Shown piece by piece: positions 21,908 to 30,890 of a DNA stretch of 43,232 nt (its first letter is position 1; each line of letters starts with the position of its first letter). The position numbers and the translations under genes were made by a program. Source of the DNA: Nitrospinota bacterium (lineage in GTDB: Bacteria > UBA8248). The stretch lies in assembly GCA_030754595.1 (NCBI GenBank), contig JASLZZ010000134.1:1-43232 (forward strand), read 5' to 3'. The notes beneath the pieces were generated by a model that was not told the DNA's origin, made no database searches, and saw only the letters and a program-made list of their open reading frames with translations.

Positions 21908-22939
21908 TCAGATGATGAGCATCGCGTCCCCGTAGCTGTAGAAGCGGTAGCTCGCATCCCTCGCCAAGCGGTAAGCCTCCAGTATACGCTCCCTTCCGGC
22001 GAAAGCGGCAACAAGCATCAATAACGTCGAGCCGGGAAGGTGAAAGTTGGTGAGCAATCCGTCAACCAAGCGAAAGGAATGACCGGGCAGTATAAAGAGC
22101 CTCGTTTCGCCGGTCGCCTCGCCGGCCCATGTCTCATCACCCTCCCTCTCCTTCGCGACTGTCTCAAGAACTCTGACCACCGTTGTTCCGACGGCGATAA
22201 CCCTGCCTCCGGCGCATCGCGTCTTTTCGATTTTCGAGGCCGCCTTGGCGGAAAAAAAATAGGCCTCAGAATCCATCTCATGGTTCTCGATTCGTTCGGA
22301 TTTCACGGGGCAGAATGTTCCCGGTCCGACATGTAGGGTTAAGAAGGCGAACCCCACCCCTCTCGATTCGAGTTCGCGGTTCAGGGCGGCGCTGAAGTGG
22401 AGCCCGGCGGTGGGGGCGGCGATGGCGCCGGGGTTCCGAGCGAAGACGGTCTGATACCGCTCTCGGTCCACCGATTCCTCCCGGCGGTTTAGGTAGGGTG
22501 GAATCGGCAATTCACCCTCTTTTTCGAGCCATTCCGAGAGGTTCGCAGCGTCCGAGAAATGGAGGGCTCTCTCGTGCCCGGGTGGGCCAAGGGTGGCCTC
22601 CAGCCCGCCCCGAAACCGGATCTGCTCCCCTTCGGGGAGGGGGCGGTTCGCGGAAACCATGGCCCGGTAGAGGCCCTCGGCTTCCTCACGCACCAATAGG
22701 ATTTCGACCTTCCCGCCTGAGAGGCGGTTTCCGAAGAGGCGCCAGGGCAGGACCCGGGTATCGTTCACTACCAAAAGATCGCCGGAGCGAAGCTCGTCCG
22801 GGAGCTGGCGAATAGCGCTGTGGCGGTGGGGGCCTCCCCCCCTGGGAACCACCATGAGGCGGGAATCCTCCCGCTGTTCGGCCGGATAGCGTGCGATGGC
22901 TTCTCGGGGAAGCTCATAGAGAAAGTCTTTTAAATTCAT
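21908..22939 (-). CDS. queA: S-adenosylmethionine:tRNA ribosyltransferase-isomerase
   Basis: VVNDTRV, PIPPY, YQTVFA, AAPTAGLHF, LHVGPGTF, TNFHLP and YRFYSYGDAM. Confidence 0.97.
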   Translation of the reverse strand: MNLKDFLYELPREAIARYPAEQREDSRLMVVPRGGGPHRHSAIRQLPDELRSGDLLVVNDTRVLPWRLFGNRLSGGKVEILLVREEAEGLYRAMVSANRPLPEGEQIRFRGGLEATLGPPGHERALHFSDAANLSEWLEKEGELPIPPYLNRREESVDRERYQTVFARNPGAIAAPTAGLHFSAALNRELESRGVGFAFLTLHVGPGTFCPVKSERIENHEMDSEAYFFSAKAASKIEKTRCAGGRVIAVGTTVVRVLETVAKEREGDETWAGEATGETRLFILPGHSFRLVDGLLTNFHLPGSTLLMLVAAFAGRERILEAYRLARDASYRFYSYGDAMLII

Positions 22940-22987
22940 GGCTAGCGGGTGTCGAGAAAGAAACCGGGGCGGCGGGGTCTTTTCTGT

Positions 22988-23857
22988 TCAGGCATTCCGA
23001 ATGAGCCGTTCCCTCCGTTTTTCGGCGAGGGAGGGTGATTCCTCGTTAGGTTCTTCGGAGCCCTCCGGGGCGACTGGCGTTTCGGGTGGGGCGGCTCCGT
23101 TGAGGACTTTCCAGGCTGCCTGGCGGAGTACGCCGCGCATCATGCGAACCTCCCGGTCGCTGGGTTTTATCCGGTCAATCAAGTCCCGGAAGGACCGGGC
23201 CACGCGCTCGGGGTGGTGGTGGGGCACGAACCCGATCAACTCGAGGGTGGCGACGAAGTGATCCACCAGGCCCTCGATCTTGTCCCGGGGGGCTAGCTTG
23301 TCCCCGGGGTATGAAGGTTCGGCGCCCTTCCCGGAGGAGGCGTTCTTTTGTTTTTCCATGAAAATTTCCCAGAAAATGAGAAGAGCGGCCTGGGAGAGAT
23401 TGAATGACTCGGATTCCGAAACGGCGGGAATCAGGAGGCGCTCCTGGCACAGATCGACCTCATCCGTCCTGAGGCCCTTGTCCTCGCGTCCAAAGACCAA
23501 GGCCACCCGGGCTTCCTTGGTGCGCTCAATCAAGGGACGGGCGCCCTCGCGGGGAGACATCGTTGGCTTTCGGTTCCGGCCGAGGCGGCGAGAGGTGGCC
23601 ACCGCCCAGGCGCAATCCTGGAGCGCGTCGCGGAGGGTCGCGTAATGCTCGGCGGAGGCCAGAAGCGGCTGGGCGCTCATGGCCATCGATCGTGCCTCCA
23701 CGCTTTTGACGTCGCACTGCGGGGCGACGAGCCGTAGGGTGGTCAGACCGAAATGGGACATGGCGCGCGCAATCGCGCCCACGTTTCCGGCTCCCTTGGG
23801 CTGGACGAGCACGATGATGAAATTTTCGAGTCTTTCATGGAACGAGTCGTTTTTCAT
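22988..23857 (-). CDS. SPOUT RNA methyltransferase (TrmJ/LasT-like)
   Basis: GNVGAIARAM, ALVFGREDKGL and SFNLSQA. Confidence 0.92.
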   Translation of the reverse strand: MKNDSFHERLENFIIVLVQPKGAGNVGAIARAMSHFGLTTLRLVAPQCDVKSVEARSMAMSAQPLLASAEHYATLRDALQDCAWAVATSRRLGRNRKPTMSPREGARPLIERTKEARVALVFGREDKGLRTDEVDLCQERLLIPAVSESESFNLSQAALLIFWEIFMEKQKNASSGKGAEPSYPGDKLAPRDKIEGLVDHFVATLELIGFVPHHHPERVARSFRDLIDRIKPSDREVRMMRGVLRQAAWKVLNGAAPPETPVAPEGSEEPNEESPSLAEKRRERLIRNA

Positions 23858-23880
23858 GGGAGCCAGCCTATCACGCCCAC

Positions 23881-24849
23881 TTAAAACAGGGCCAGCCGAT
23901 AGCGGCGGACACGGAGCAAGCCGGTTTCTCGCGCGAAAAGGGGGTTCATGAAAGGCGGTAAATTGAGGGGAGGGGGAATAATAAGGACGGATGGAAGAGG
24001 CGGGAAATTTATATTTCCCAGTTTTTTTTTCTCCAGCGCCTCTTTGACGAGGACGAACTCATCCTCGAGCCGGTTCAAAACCCCTTGCGCTTTGTGAAGG
24101 CGAGAGGCCTGCCCAATTTTTTCGAGTTCATAGGCGATGTCTTTCATCCCTAACGCTCCGATAATTGTACAAGCTTCTTTTTATGGCATGGGCGTTGTGT
24201 TCGAGGGCTTCCGGGTCGTTGTCGCCAATCGCGCTGAAGATGGCGCTCACCCGTTTCGGGGAGTAGGAGAGGAAAATAGCGATCAGCTCGCCGACAATAT
24301 CGCTATCGATTTCGTCTTTGAGTTTCAGAAGCTCGCCCAATACTCGTGGGTCGATTGGCTCCTCTGCGGGAGGGTGCTCCGCCTTGTCCCGGGAGACGGA
24401 ATTTTCGTTGCCTTGGTTGAGCATTCTTTCGACTTTATCGTTCAAAATATCGACCGTGACGGGTTTTGAAATGTAGTCGTCCATCCCCGCTTTCAAGCAT
24501 TTTTTCTTATCTCCCTTGAGGGCGTAAGCCGTCATCGCGATGATTGGGATTCGCGGCCCCCCCCTCTTTTTCGGTCTTTCGAATATTCTCGGTAGCCTCG
24601 AACCCGTCCATTTCCGGCATCTGGCAATCCATCAGTACAAGGTCGAAGCTTTCGCGCGAGAGTATCTCGACCGCCTCCGCCCCCGTGGTCACCACCTCTG
24701 AAGCGTACCCGAGGCTCTCGAGCATGTAGGAGGCGACAAGCTGGTTGGATGGATTGGTCCTCGGCAATGAGAATTCGCCCTTTGGGCGGTGGCGCTCTCG
24801 TAGTGAGAGGCACTTGATACTCGGGAGAGGATGGGAGAGTGGAAGTCAT
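23881..24849 (-). pseudogene. Frameshifted response-regulator receiver plus HPt-domain gene
   Basis: Four consecutive fragments (RILIAED / NPSNQ..DLVLMDCQMPEMDG / RIPIIAMTA..DDYISKP..HAIK / ACTIIGA..ELEK) join into one REC-HPt protein if one base is removed at each of 24756-57, 24557-64 and 24178-82. Confidence 0.85.
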
Positions 24850-25131
24850 TCTTTTTCCCCGGAACGGGTGGCCCCTCCGTAGGGCCATCCTCGAACCGAT
24901 AAGACCCAGAGATTTATGGAACAGTTTATTTACCTACCAATGTTCTCGGGTGAAACCCATGACTACATCAAAAATACTATCTCAAAGAGGGGGGTGTAAT
25001 GTTAGATTTCGATTAGAATGATATGTTTGTATATATTAATCATTTTGTCTGTACGGAAAAACGAAATATAATGAATAGGTTACAGGATATTTCAGAGATA
25101 CCGAAGAATATATTTGTCGGTCGAATTTCAG

Positions 25132-25224
25132 TTTTGCCGCCCTCCGTGATGCCTGAGTCAGTTTAATCTCAATTTTGCCGCCCTCCCGGATGTCTGAGTC
25201 AGGTTAAGGAGGTTTTTTGCCGCC
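25132..25224 (+). repeat. Imperfect direct repeats, period 41-42 bp (2 copies plus a partial third)
   Basis: TTTTGCCGCCCTCCGTGATGCCTGAGTCAGTTTAA (25132), TTTTGCCGCCCTCCCGGATGTCTGAGTCAGGTTAA (25173) and TTTTGCCGCC (25215). Confidence 0.9.
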
Positions 25225-25459
25225 GACTTGGCCGGGCCGGTTTTTCGATTAATCGTTCGAACGATTCGGCTAACAACCCGAGGGGAGCTTTCCTCCTCTG
25301 GAGCGGAGAGGGCCCTATTCCCTTTTGTTGGTCACAGTTTTACCCATCGGCGGAATATTTTTTTTTGGTAGGACTAAAATGAATGGTTGACAAACTGGAT
25401 ATATAGGAAACAATTAGGACTCGCCCATCGATTTTCTCAATCATTAATGAGGTGAAGAT

Positions 25460-25897
25460 ATGCTTTATTCACGCCCTTGCGAGTACGCCCTTAGGGCGCT
25501 TACCTATATTACGACAAACATTGATATGGAATTGATTCGGGCCCAGGAAATTGCCGAGGCCGAATGCCTGCCGGCGCCGTTTCTGGCAAAATTGCTTCAA
25601 CAACTCGCCCGGTCCGGGATTCTCGTATCTGTCAAAGGTCCCAAAGGAGGATTCGGCCTGGCTCGGCCCCCGAAGGAAATCAGCCTGATGGAAGTCGTTT
25701 TCGCGGTTGATGGTGAAGATGGATTCACCCGTTGTGCGGTTGGCCTCGCCGAATGTTCGGATGACGCCCCATGCCCTCTCCATGACACATGGAAGCCCTT
25801 GAAAGAGGAAATTCTTGACTATATGTCGAGCAGGTCCCTAGCCGATCTGGCTAAGGCGATGATCGAAAAAAAACAACTGATAGATTCTGACTCCTAA
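25460..25897 (+). CDS. Rrf2-family transcriptional regulator with three C-terminal Cys
   Basis: SRPCEYALRA, SVKGPKGGF and CAVGLAECSDDAPCPLH. Confidence 0.93.
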   Translation: MLYSRPCEYALRALTYITTNIDMELIRAQEIAEAECLPAPFLAKLLQQLARSGILVSVKGPKGGFGLARPPKEISLMEVVFAVDGEDGFTRCAVGLAECSDDAPCPLHDTWKPLKEEILDYMSSRSLADLAKAMIEKKQLIDSDS

Positions 25898-26089
25898 TAG
25901 ATACCGGACAAAAAAGACCTAAGGGAGATATCTTTTTTCCTTGATTTAGTGAATTATTGGTATATGAATGGTAGTTTTTAGGGGGCCACTCTTAAAGATT
26001 ACGACCAACAATTTACAATTTACAATTTCGATATGGCCGGCGGGAAGAAAGTTCTTGCCCCAGCGCCCCGACCAGGAGTGAGGAGAAAA

Positions 26090-26761
26090 ATGCTTTCTTG
26101 GCTTCCTAGGAATGTGTCAACTTTCGGCGGAGACGTCGACTCCATCTTTACAATGATCTACTACATCGTCGGTATCTGGTTTATCGCCACTCAGGTTTTT
26201 CTCCTTTACTGCATCATCCGCTTCAGGCGCCGCGATGGGCAAAAATCCGACTACACGCCGGGCAACACCATGTCGCAGATGATGTGGATTCTCATCCCTT
26301 GCGCCCTGGTCCTCGTTCTCGATCTTTGGATCGATTTTCGGGGGGCCGATGTCTGGGCCAAGGTCAAGATCAACCAGCCGGCTTCCCAGGTGGTCGTTCG
26401 GCTGACCGCCAAGCAGTTCAACTGGATTTTCACCTATCCGGGGCCGGACGGAAAATTCGGAACCAAGGACGATAAGAAGTTCCAGAACGACATGCATGTG
26501 CCGGTGAACAAGGTCGTCCGGATCATTCTCACGGGCGAGGACGTCATCCACAGTTTCTTCGTGCCCGAGATGCGGCTCAAGCAGGATGTCGTTCCCGGCC
26601 GCGAGATTCCCGCATGGTTTGAGGCCACGCAGACAGGAAAATACGAGATCCCCTGCGCGGAGCTTTGCGGGACCGGGCACACGGGCATGAAAGGATTCCT
26701 CTACGTACACCCGGAGGCGGAGTACAAGAATTGGGTCGCCAAAAATTGGCCGGGTTCTTAA
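26090..26761 (+). CDS. coxB: Cytochrome c oxidase subunit II
   Basis: Two TM helices, QFNW, DVIHSF and CuA motif CAELCGTGHTGM; ATG at 26090 behind AGGAG. Confidence 0.95.
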   Translation: MLSWLPRNVSTFGGDVDSIFTMIYYIVGIWFIATQVFLLYCIIRFRRRDGQKSDYTPGNTMSQMMWILIPCALVLVLDLWIDFRGADVWAKVKINQPASQVVVRLTAKQFNWIFTYPGPDGKFGTKDDKKFQNDMHVPVNKVVRIILTGEDVIHSFFVPEMRLKQDVVPGREIPAWFEATQTGKYEIPCAELCGTGHTGMKGFLYVHPEAEYKNWVAKNWPGS

Positions 26762-26793
26762 GGCTCCCGGGAGAGCCTGGAACCGTTTTTTTT
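26753..26793 (+). terminator. Terminator-like hairpin between coxB and coxA
   Basis: GGTTC..AGGCTC-CCGGGA-GAGCCT.GAACC followed by G and T8. Confidence 0.55.
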
Positions 26794-26825
26794 AATGAAC
26801 GCACGACTCGAACAAGAGGGAAAAC

Positions 26826-28559
26826 ATGAGCGGAACTGCCGCATCGATGCATGATGCCCACCATGAAGCGCCTACGAGCTTTGTGCGCAAATATGTATTC
26901 TCGACCGATCATAAAATGATCGCCAAACAGTATATTTTCATCGCTCTTTTCTGGGCGTTCGTAGGCGGTTTGCTCGCGTATATGTTTCGCTGGCAGCTGG
27001 CCTGGCCCGAGACCCCGGTCTGGGGATTTGGTTGGATATCCGAGGACGCCGATTTCATGCCCACCGGGAGAATCGGCCCCGAGGTGTATAACGCGCTGAT
27101 CACCATGCACGGGACAATCATGGTTTTCTTCGTCGCGATGCCCCTTCTCCTGGCGTCGATGGGGAATTTCCTCATTCCCCTGATGGTCGGCGCGCGCGAT
27201 ATGGCCTTTCCCCGCCTGAACATGCTTTCGGTCTGGGTGTTGGCTACGGCGTCGCTCATTTTGTTGGCTTCGTTTTTCGTCGAAGGGGGGGCCGCCGCGG
27301 CCGGGTGGACGGGCTATCCGCCGCTATCCGCGAAGGTGGATTACACAGGCGTCATCTGGGGGATTGACCTGTGGCTCCTTGCGCTGGCGCTGGAGTTCGC
27401 CTCCTTTCTCATGGGCGGAATTAATTTCCTGGTGACCCCGTTCAACATGCGCACCCGGGGGATGTCGCTCTTCCGCATGCCGCTAATGATCTGGATGATC
27501 GTCATCGCCTCGGTCATTTTCCTCCTCTCGGTAGGGCCCTTGATCGCGGGCGCCGTTTTTCTCCTGCTGGATCGCAACCTGGGGACGAGCTTTTTCCTCC
27601 CCGAGGGGGGAGGGGATCCATTGTTGTGGCAGCATCTGTTCTGGTTCTTCGGGCATCCCGAGGTGTACGTTATTTTCCTGCCCGCGCTCGGGGTGATGTT
27701 GGAGGTCATTTCGACCTTCTCCCGCAAGACGATCTACGGCTACCGGCCGATCATCTACGCCGTATTGACCGCCGGCGTGTTGAGCTTTGTCGTCTGGGCG
27801 CACCATCAGTTCATCTCCGGCCTGGACCCGCGGCTCGCCACTCCGTTCAGCATTACGACAATCCTGATATCGGTTCCCTTCGCCTTTGTCGTGTTTTCGT
27901 TGCTGGCGACCTTGTGGAAAAGTTCTATCCGTCTCGACACCCCTATGTGGTTCGCCATCGGTGGGCTGTCGGTATTCGTTTTCGGCGGCGTGACCGGCAT
28001 CTTCAACGGGTCCGCGCCGGCGGACATCTTCATTCACGACACCCTTTTCGTCGTCGCCCACTTCCACAGCACTTTATTCAGCGCTGTTTTCCTGGGCGGG
28101 TTCTGTGCGATTTACTACTGGTATCCGAAGATGTTCGGCCGGGTGATGGACGAATTCTGGGGGAAGGTGCACTTCGCCGGAACCTACCTGGGCTTTCTGG
28201 CGGTTTTTGTTCCGATGCACCTTGTCGGCGTCGGCGGGATGGTGCGGCGCGTCGCCGACCATACGAAATACGATCTTTTCATACCTCTTCAGCCTTGGAA
28301 CGAATGGATGACCGTCGCCGCGATTGTCCTCTTCCTGTTCCAGTTCGTCTTCGTGGTGAATTTCATCCGGAGTCTCTACTGGGGCAGGGAAGCGGGAGAG
28401 AACCCTTGGGGCGGGACGACGCTCGAGTGGACCACCCCCTCGCCGCCTCCTCACGGAAATTGGCCGGGGGCGATTCCCGAAGTGCACAACGCACCCTACG
28501 AGTATGGTGTTCCCGGCATCGACGGAGAATGGGTGAGTCAGGATCAACCCGCCCCGTGA
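26826..28559 (+). CDS. coxA: Heme-copper oxidase subunit I, A1-type
   Basis: All six His ligands are present (MHG, WFFGHPEVY, WAHH, HFH), with GWTGYPPL and the RR pair. Confidence 0.97.
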   Translation: MSGTAASMHDAHHEAPTSFVRKYVFSTDHKMIAKQYIFIALFWAFVGGLLAYMFRWQLAWPETPVWGFGWISEDADFMPTGRIGPEVYNALITMHGTIMVFFVAMPLLLASMGNFLIPLMVGARDMAFPRLNMLSVWVLATASLILLASFFVEGGAAAAGWTGYPPLSAKVDYTGVIWGIDLWLLALALEFASFLMGGINFLVTPFNMRTRGMSLFRMPLMIWMIVIASVIFLLSVGPLIAGAVFLLLDRNLGTSFFLPEGGGDPLLWQHLFWFFGHPEVYVIFLPALGVMLEVISTFSRKTIYGYRPIIYAVLTAGVLSFVVWAHHQFISGLDPRLATPFSITTILISVPFAFVVFSLLATLWKSSIRLDTPMWFAIGGLSVFVFGGVTGIFNGSAPADIFIHDTLFVVAHFHSTLFSAVFLGGFCAIYYWYPKMFGRVMDEFWGKVHFAGTYLGFLAVFVPMHLVGVGGMVRRVADHTKYDLFIPLQPWNEWMTVAAIVLFLFQFVFVVNFIRSLYWGREAGENPWGGTTLEWTTPSPPPHGNWPGAIPEVHNAPYEYGVPGIDGEWVSQDQPAP

Positions 28560-28644
28560 TTCCGGCGGCGGCGAATGCCCGGTTCTTTAATTCAAATTTT
28601 AGAGGGCAAGCGATGGTATTTGAACCGAAAGGGGGAAATGGAAG

Positions 28645-29232
28645 ATGAGCGTGGAGTCCACCGCGAGTACGGATACGATGGAGGCTGGCGTTCCGGCGGC
28701 CAAGCTGGGAGTTTGGTGGTTCATCGCATCCGAAATCATGGTTTTCGGCGGGGTCCTCGCCTCGTTTATCCTTCTTCGGCTCACGGGGCCGGGATGGGCC
28801 GGGGATATCGAGCACAACAGCGTCCTGCTCGGGTCGATTAACACCCTTGTCCTCCTGACGAGCAGTTTCTCCATCGTCGAGGTTCTCGCGGCCAACAAGG
28901 CCGGCGACCTGGAGAAGTTCAAAAAGTACATGGGAATTACGATTGCCCTGGGCCTTTTGTTCATGGTCATCAAGGGGGTGGAGTACTCAATCCATATCCA
29001 CGAGGGCCTTCTTCCGGACAAGTCCCTGTTCTGGGCTTTCTATTTCGGGATGACGGGATTGCACGGGCTGCACGTCCTGGCCGGAATCGTGGCGAACATT
29101 TCCCTGCTGGTGGTGGTATCCAAACCCGGGGGGCTCGCCCGCTACGGCCATCGGTCGGAGATGTGCGGACTTTACTGGCATTTCGTGGATGTGGTCTGGA
29201 TTTTTCTCTTCCCCCTGCTTTATCTGGGCTGA
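28645..29232 (+). CDS. coxC: Cytochrome c oxidase subunit III (short form)
   Basis: WFIASE, NTLVLLTSS, TGLHGLHV and YWHFVDVVW. Confidence 0.95.
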   Translation: MSVESTASTDTMEAGVPAAKLGVWWFIASEIMVFGGVLASFILLRLTGPGWAGDIEHNSVLLGSINTLVLLTSSFSIVEVLAANKAGDLEKFKKYMGITIALGLLFMVIKGVEYSIHIHEGLLPDKSLFWAFYFGMTGLHGLHVLAGIVANISLLVVVSKPGGLARYGHRSEMCGLYWHFVDVVWIFLFPLLYLG

Positions 29233-29276
29233 GGGAGAAGGCATTCGGCGACACTGAAAAAATCTTCGGAGGAATT

Positions 29277-29558
29277 ATGGCTGCTGCCGAGAACCATGGA
29301 CCGAAAAACATCGTCATCTGGGCCTATCTGGTCATCCTCGCGCTCGTATCCGTGTTCGTGTCCTTAATTATTCCCTCTCCGGCCGATACTGTGGTTATCT
29401 TTGCCCTGGCGATCGCCAAGGCGGCTCTGGTCCTTATGTACTTCATGCATCTCCGGGTGGAGAATATCTTCATTCACTCCCTGTTTTTCGTCCCGCTGGC
29501 GCTGGTGGTCGTCATGTTCTTCGGTTTCATGCCCGACATAAACCACTGGCTCTACTAG
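29277..29558 (+). CDS. Prokaryotic cytochrome c oxidase subunit IV
   Basis: Three TM helices and AKAALVLMYFMHLR; ATG at 29277 behind GGAGG. Confidence 0.9.
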   Translation: MAAAENHGPKNIVIWAYLVILALVSVFVSLIIPSPADTVVIFALAIAKAALVLMYFMHLRVENIFIHSLFFVPLALVVVMFFGFMPDINHWLY

Positions 29559-29710
29559 GGAGTTCCAGGAAGTTCTGGTTTCGTCTTTCTGTCGTTGTGC
29601 CTGCTCCATCAGCCTCGTTGCGCCCGCCGCCCCTTTCCCGTCCGAAAGGATAGGGATATATATCCGTGGGAAGGCCGCACCCAAAGAAAGCGGCCGAAGG
29701 AGGCGGGGCG

Positions 29711-30124
29711 ATGGCGGAAATCGATTCTGTATTCAGGGAGGGCGGTCTTAAGCAGATGGCCGAACTCCTGACGAACCCGGCGCGCTGCGGAATCCACCTC
29801 TCCCGCGCCCGGATTCGCCAAATCGGCTTCGACATGGACCTTCGCTCGGGCGTCCAGTCGCGCTCAAGGATGTTGGAGAACCTGTTCCGCGAGGCTGGGG
29901 CCGAAGGGCGGGTGGAGGAGTTGCTCGAGAGAATCGAAGTCGAGACCGGCGCCTGGCAGGCCCGCTACAAGGAATGGGCCCGTTTCTGCCCGCCGGCCAA
30001 GTCCGCCTGGAAGGATTGGGGCGGCCGGGCCAGCCAGCTGCGCCGCTCGTTGCGCCGGGCCAGGAAGTGGGCACGAAAAATCGGGGACGAAGCGCCCGGG
30101 GCCGGTCTCCAGCCTCCCGGTTAG
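29711..30124 (+). CDS. Hypothetical helical protein (137 aa)
   Basis: GGAGG RBS upstream, protein-like composition, fills the gap between the cox and molybdoenzyme operons; no family assigned. Confidence 0.7.
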   Translation: MAEIDSVFREGGLKQMAELLTNPARCGIHLSRARIRQIGFDMDLRSGVQSRSRMLENLFREAGAEGRVEELLERIEVETGAWQARYKEWARFCPPAKSAWKDWGGRASQLRRSLRRARKWARKIGDEAPGAGLQPPG

Positions 30125-30205
30125 GCTCCCAGCCTCCCGGTTAGGCTCCCAGCCTTCCGGTTAGGCTCCCAGCCTCCTGGTTAGACTCCCAGCCTCCTGG
30201 TTAGG
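30107..30205 (+). repeat. Tandem repeat, about 5 x 20 bp
   Basis: Unit CTCCCAGCCTCCCGGTTAGG with 0-2 differences per copy and no spacers. Confidence 0.95.
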
Positions 30206-30239
30206 TCTTCTCTCCAAGGTTCATGCGTCCCCGCAGGGG

Positions 30240-30890
30240 TCAGGCGTTCCGCAATACATTTTCGATGTGTTTTCTGTCCTCGAGCGCGAACTCGCGGGTC
30301 CATTTCGAGAGCGCGCGGTAGAAATCCGTCTCAGCGTCTTCTTCCGTGCTTGCCGTGAGAAGAGGCATCCATCTCAACAGATGCGCGTCCATGAACCGGG
30401 CCGCGCCCGAGAGGCTCTCCGCGGCGAGGGGGCGGTCTTCACTCCGCCATGCGTTCTCCTCGCGGCCGGCGAGGTGGGCGAGAAACTCGAGTTCGGCGCT
30501 GATGTGATCCATGGCGACGAGGCCGCTGTGGTGCGAGCCGCCGCCGCCTCGGCCTGGGCTGAATCCGCAGGAGCGGTAGAAATCGGTGACGCGGTCGGTG
30601 GCGCTCGAGTTCAGGTGGCCGCTCTCGTCTACCAGAGCGGCCTCGTAGGGAGGGCTAGAGAGCAGAAACAGGTTGGTGAAATCCACGCGCAGGGCTTTTT
30701 CGAAAGACGCTGTTCGCTCAGGCGTTTCCCGGGGGAAGAGAAAAGGGTAGTTGTCCGCCAGGAAGCCGATCAGCTTCGCGTCGGGCGGGTCGAGAAAAGC
30801 GGCGGCCTGGACCCGGTAGACTTTCTGGCGGAGGGCGGCCTGCTCGATCAACTCCTCGCCGCTGGGCAGCCTTCTTCCCAGTGCGTTCAT
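30240..30890 (-). CDS. TorD/DmsD-family molybdoenzyme maturation chaperone
   Basis: PPYE, DHISAELEF and HLLRW. The ATG at 30890 overlaps the stop of the catalytic subunit (ATGA). Confidence 0.9.
   Translation of the reverse strand: MNALGRRLPSGEELIEQAALRQKVYRVQAAAFLDPPDAKLIGFLADNYPFLFPRETPERTASFEKALRVDFTNLFLLSSPPYEAALVDESGHLNSSATDRVTDFYRSCGFSPGRGGGGSHHSGLVAMDHISAELEFLAHLAGREENAWRSEDRPLAAESLSGAARFMDAHLLRWMPLLTASTEEDAETDFYRALSKWTREFALEDRKHIENVLRNA

Noticed and set aside
25132..25224. Possible degenerate mini-CRISPR (35-bp repeats)
   Set aside because: Gaps between copies are only 6-7 bp and there are just two full copies.
30107..30205. Possible CRISPR array
   Set aside because: Units are head-to-tail with no unique spacers, and no cas genes are in the window.
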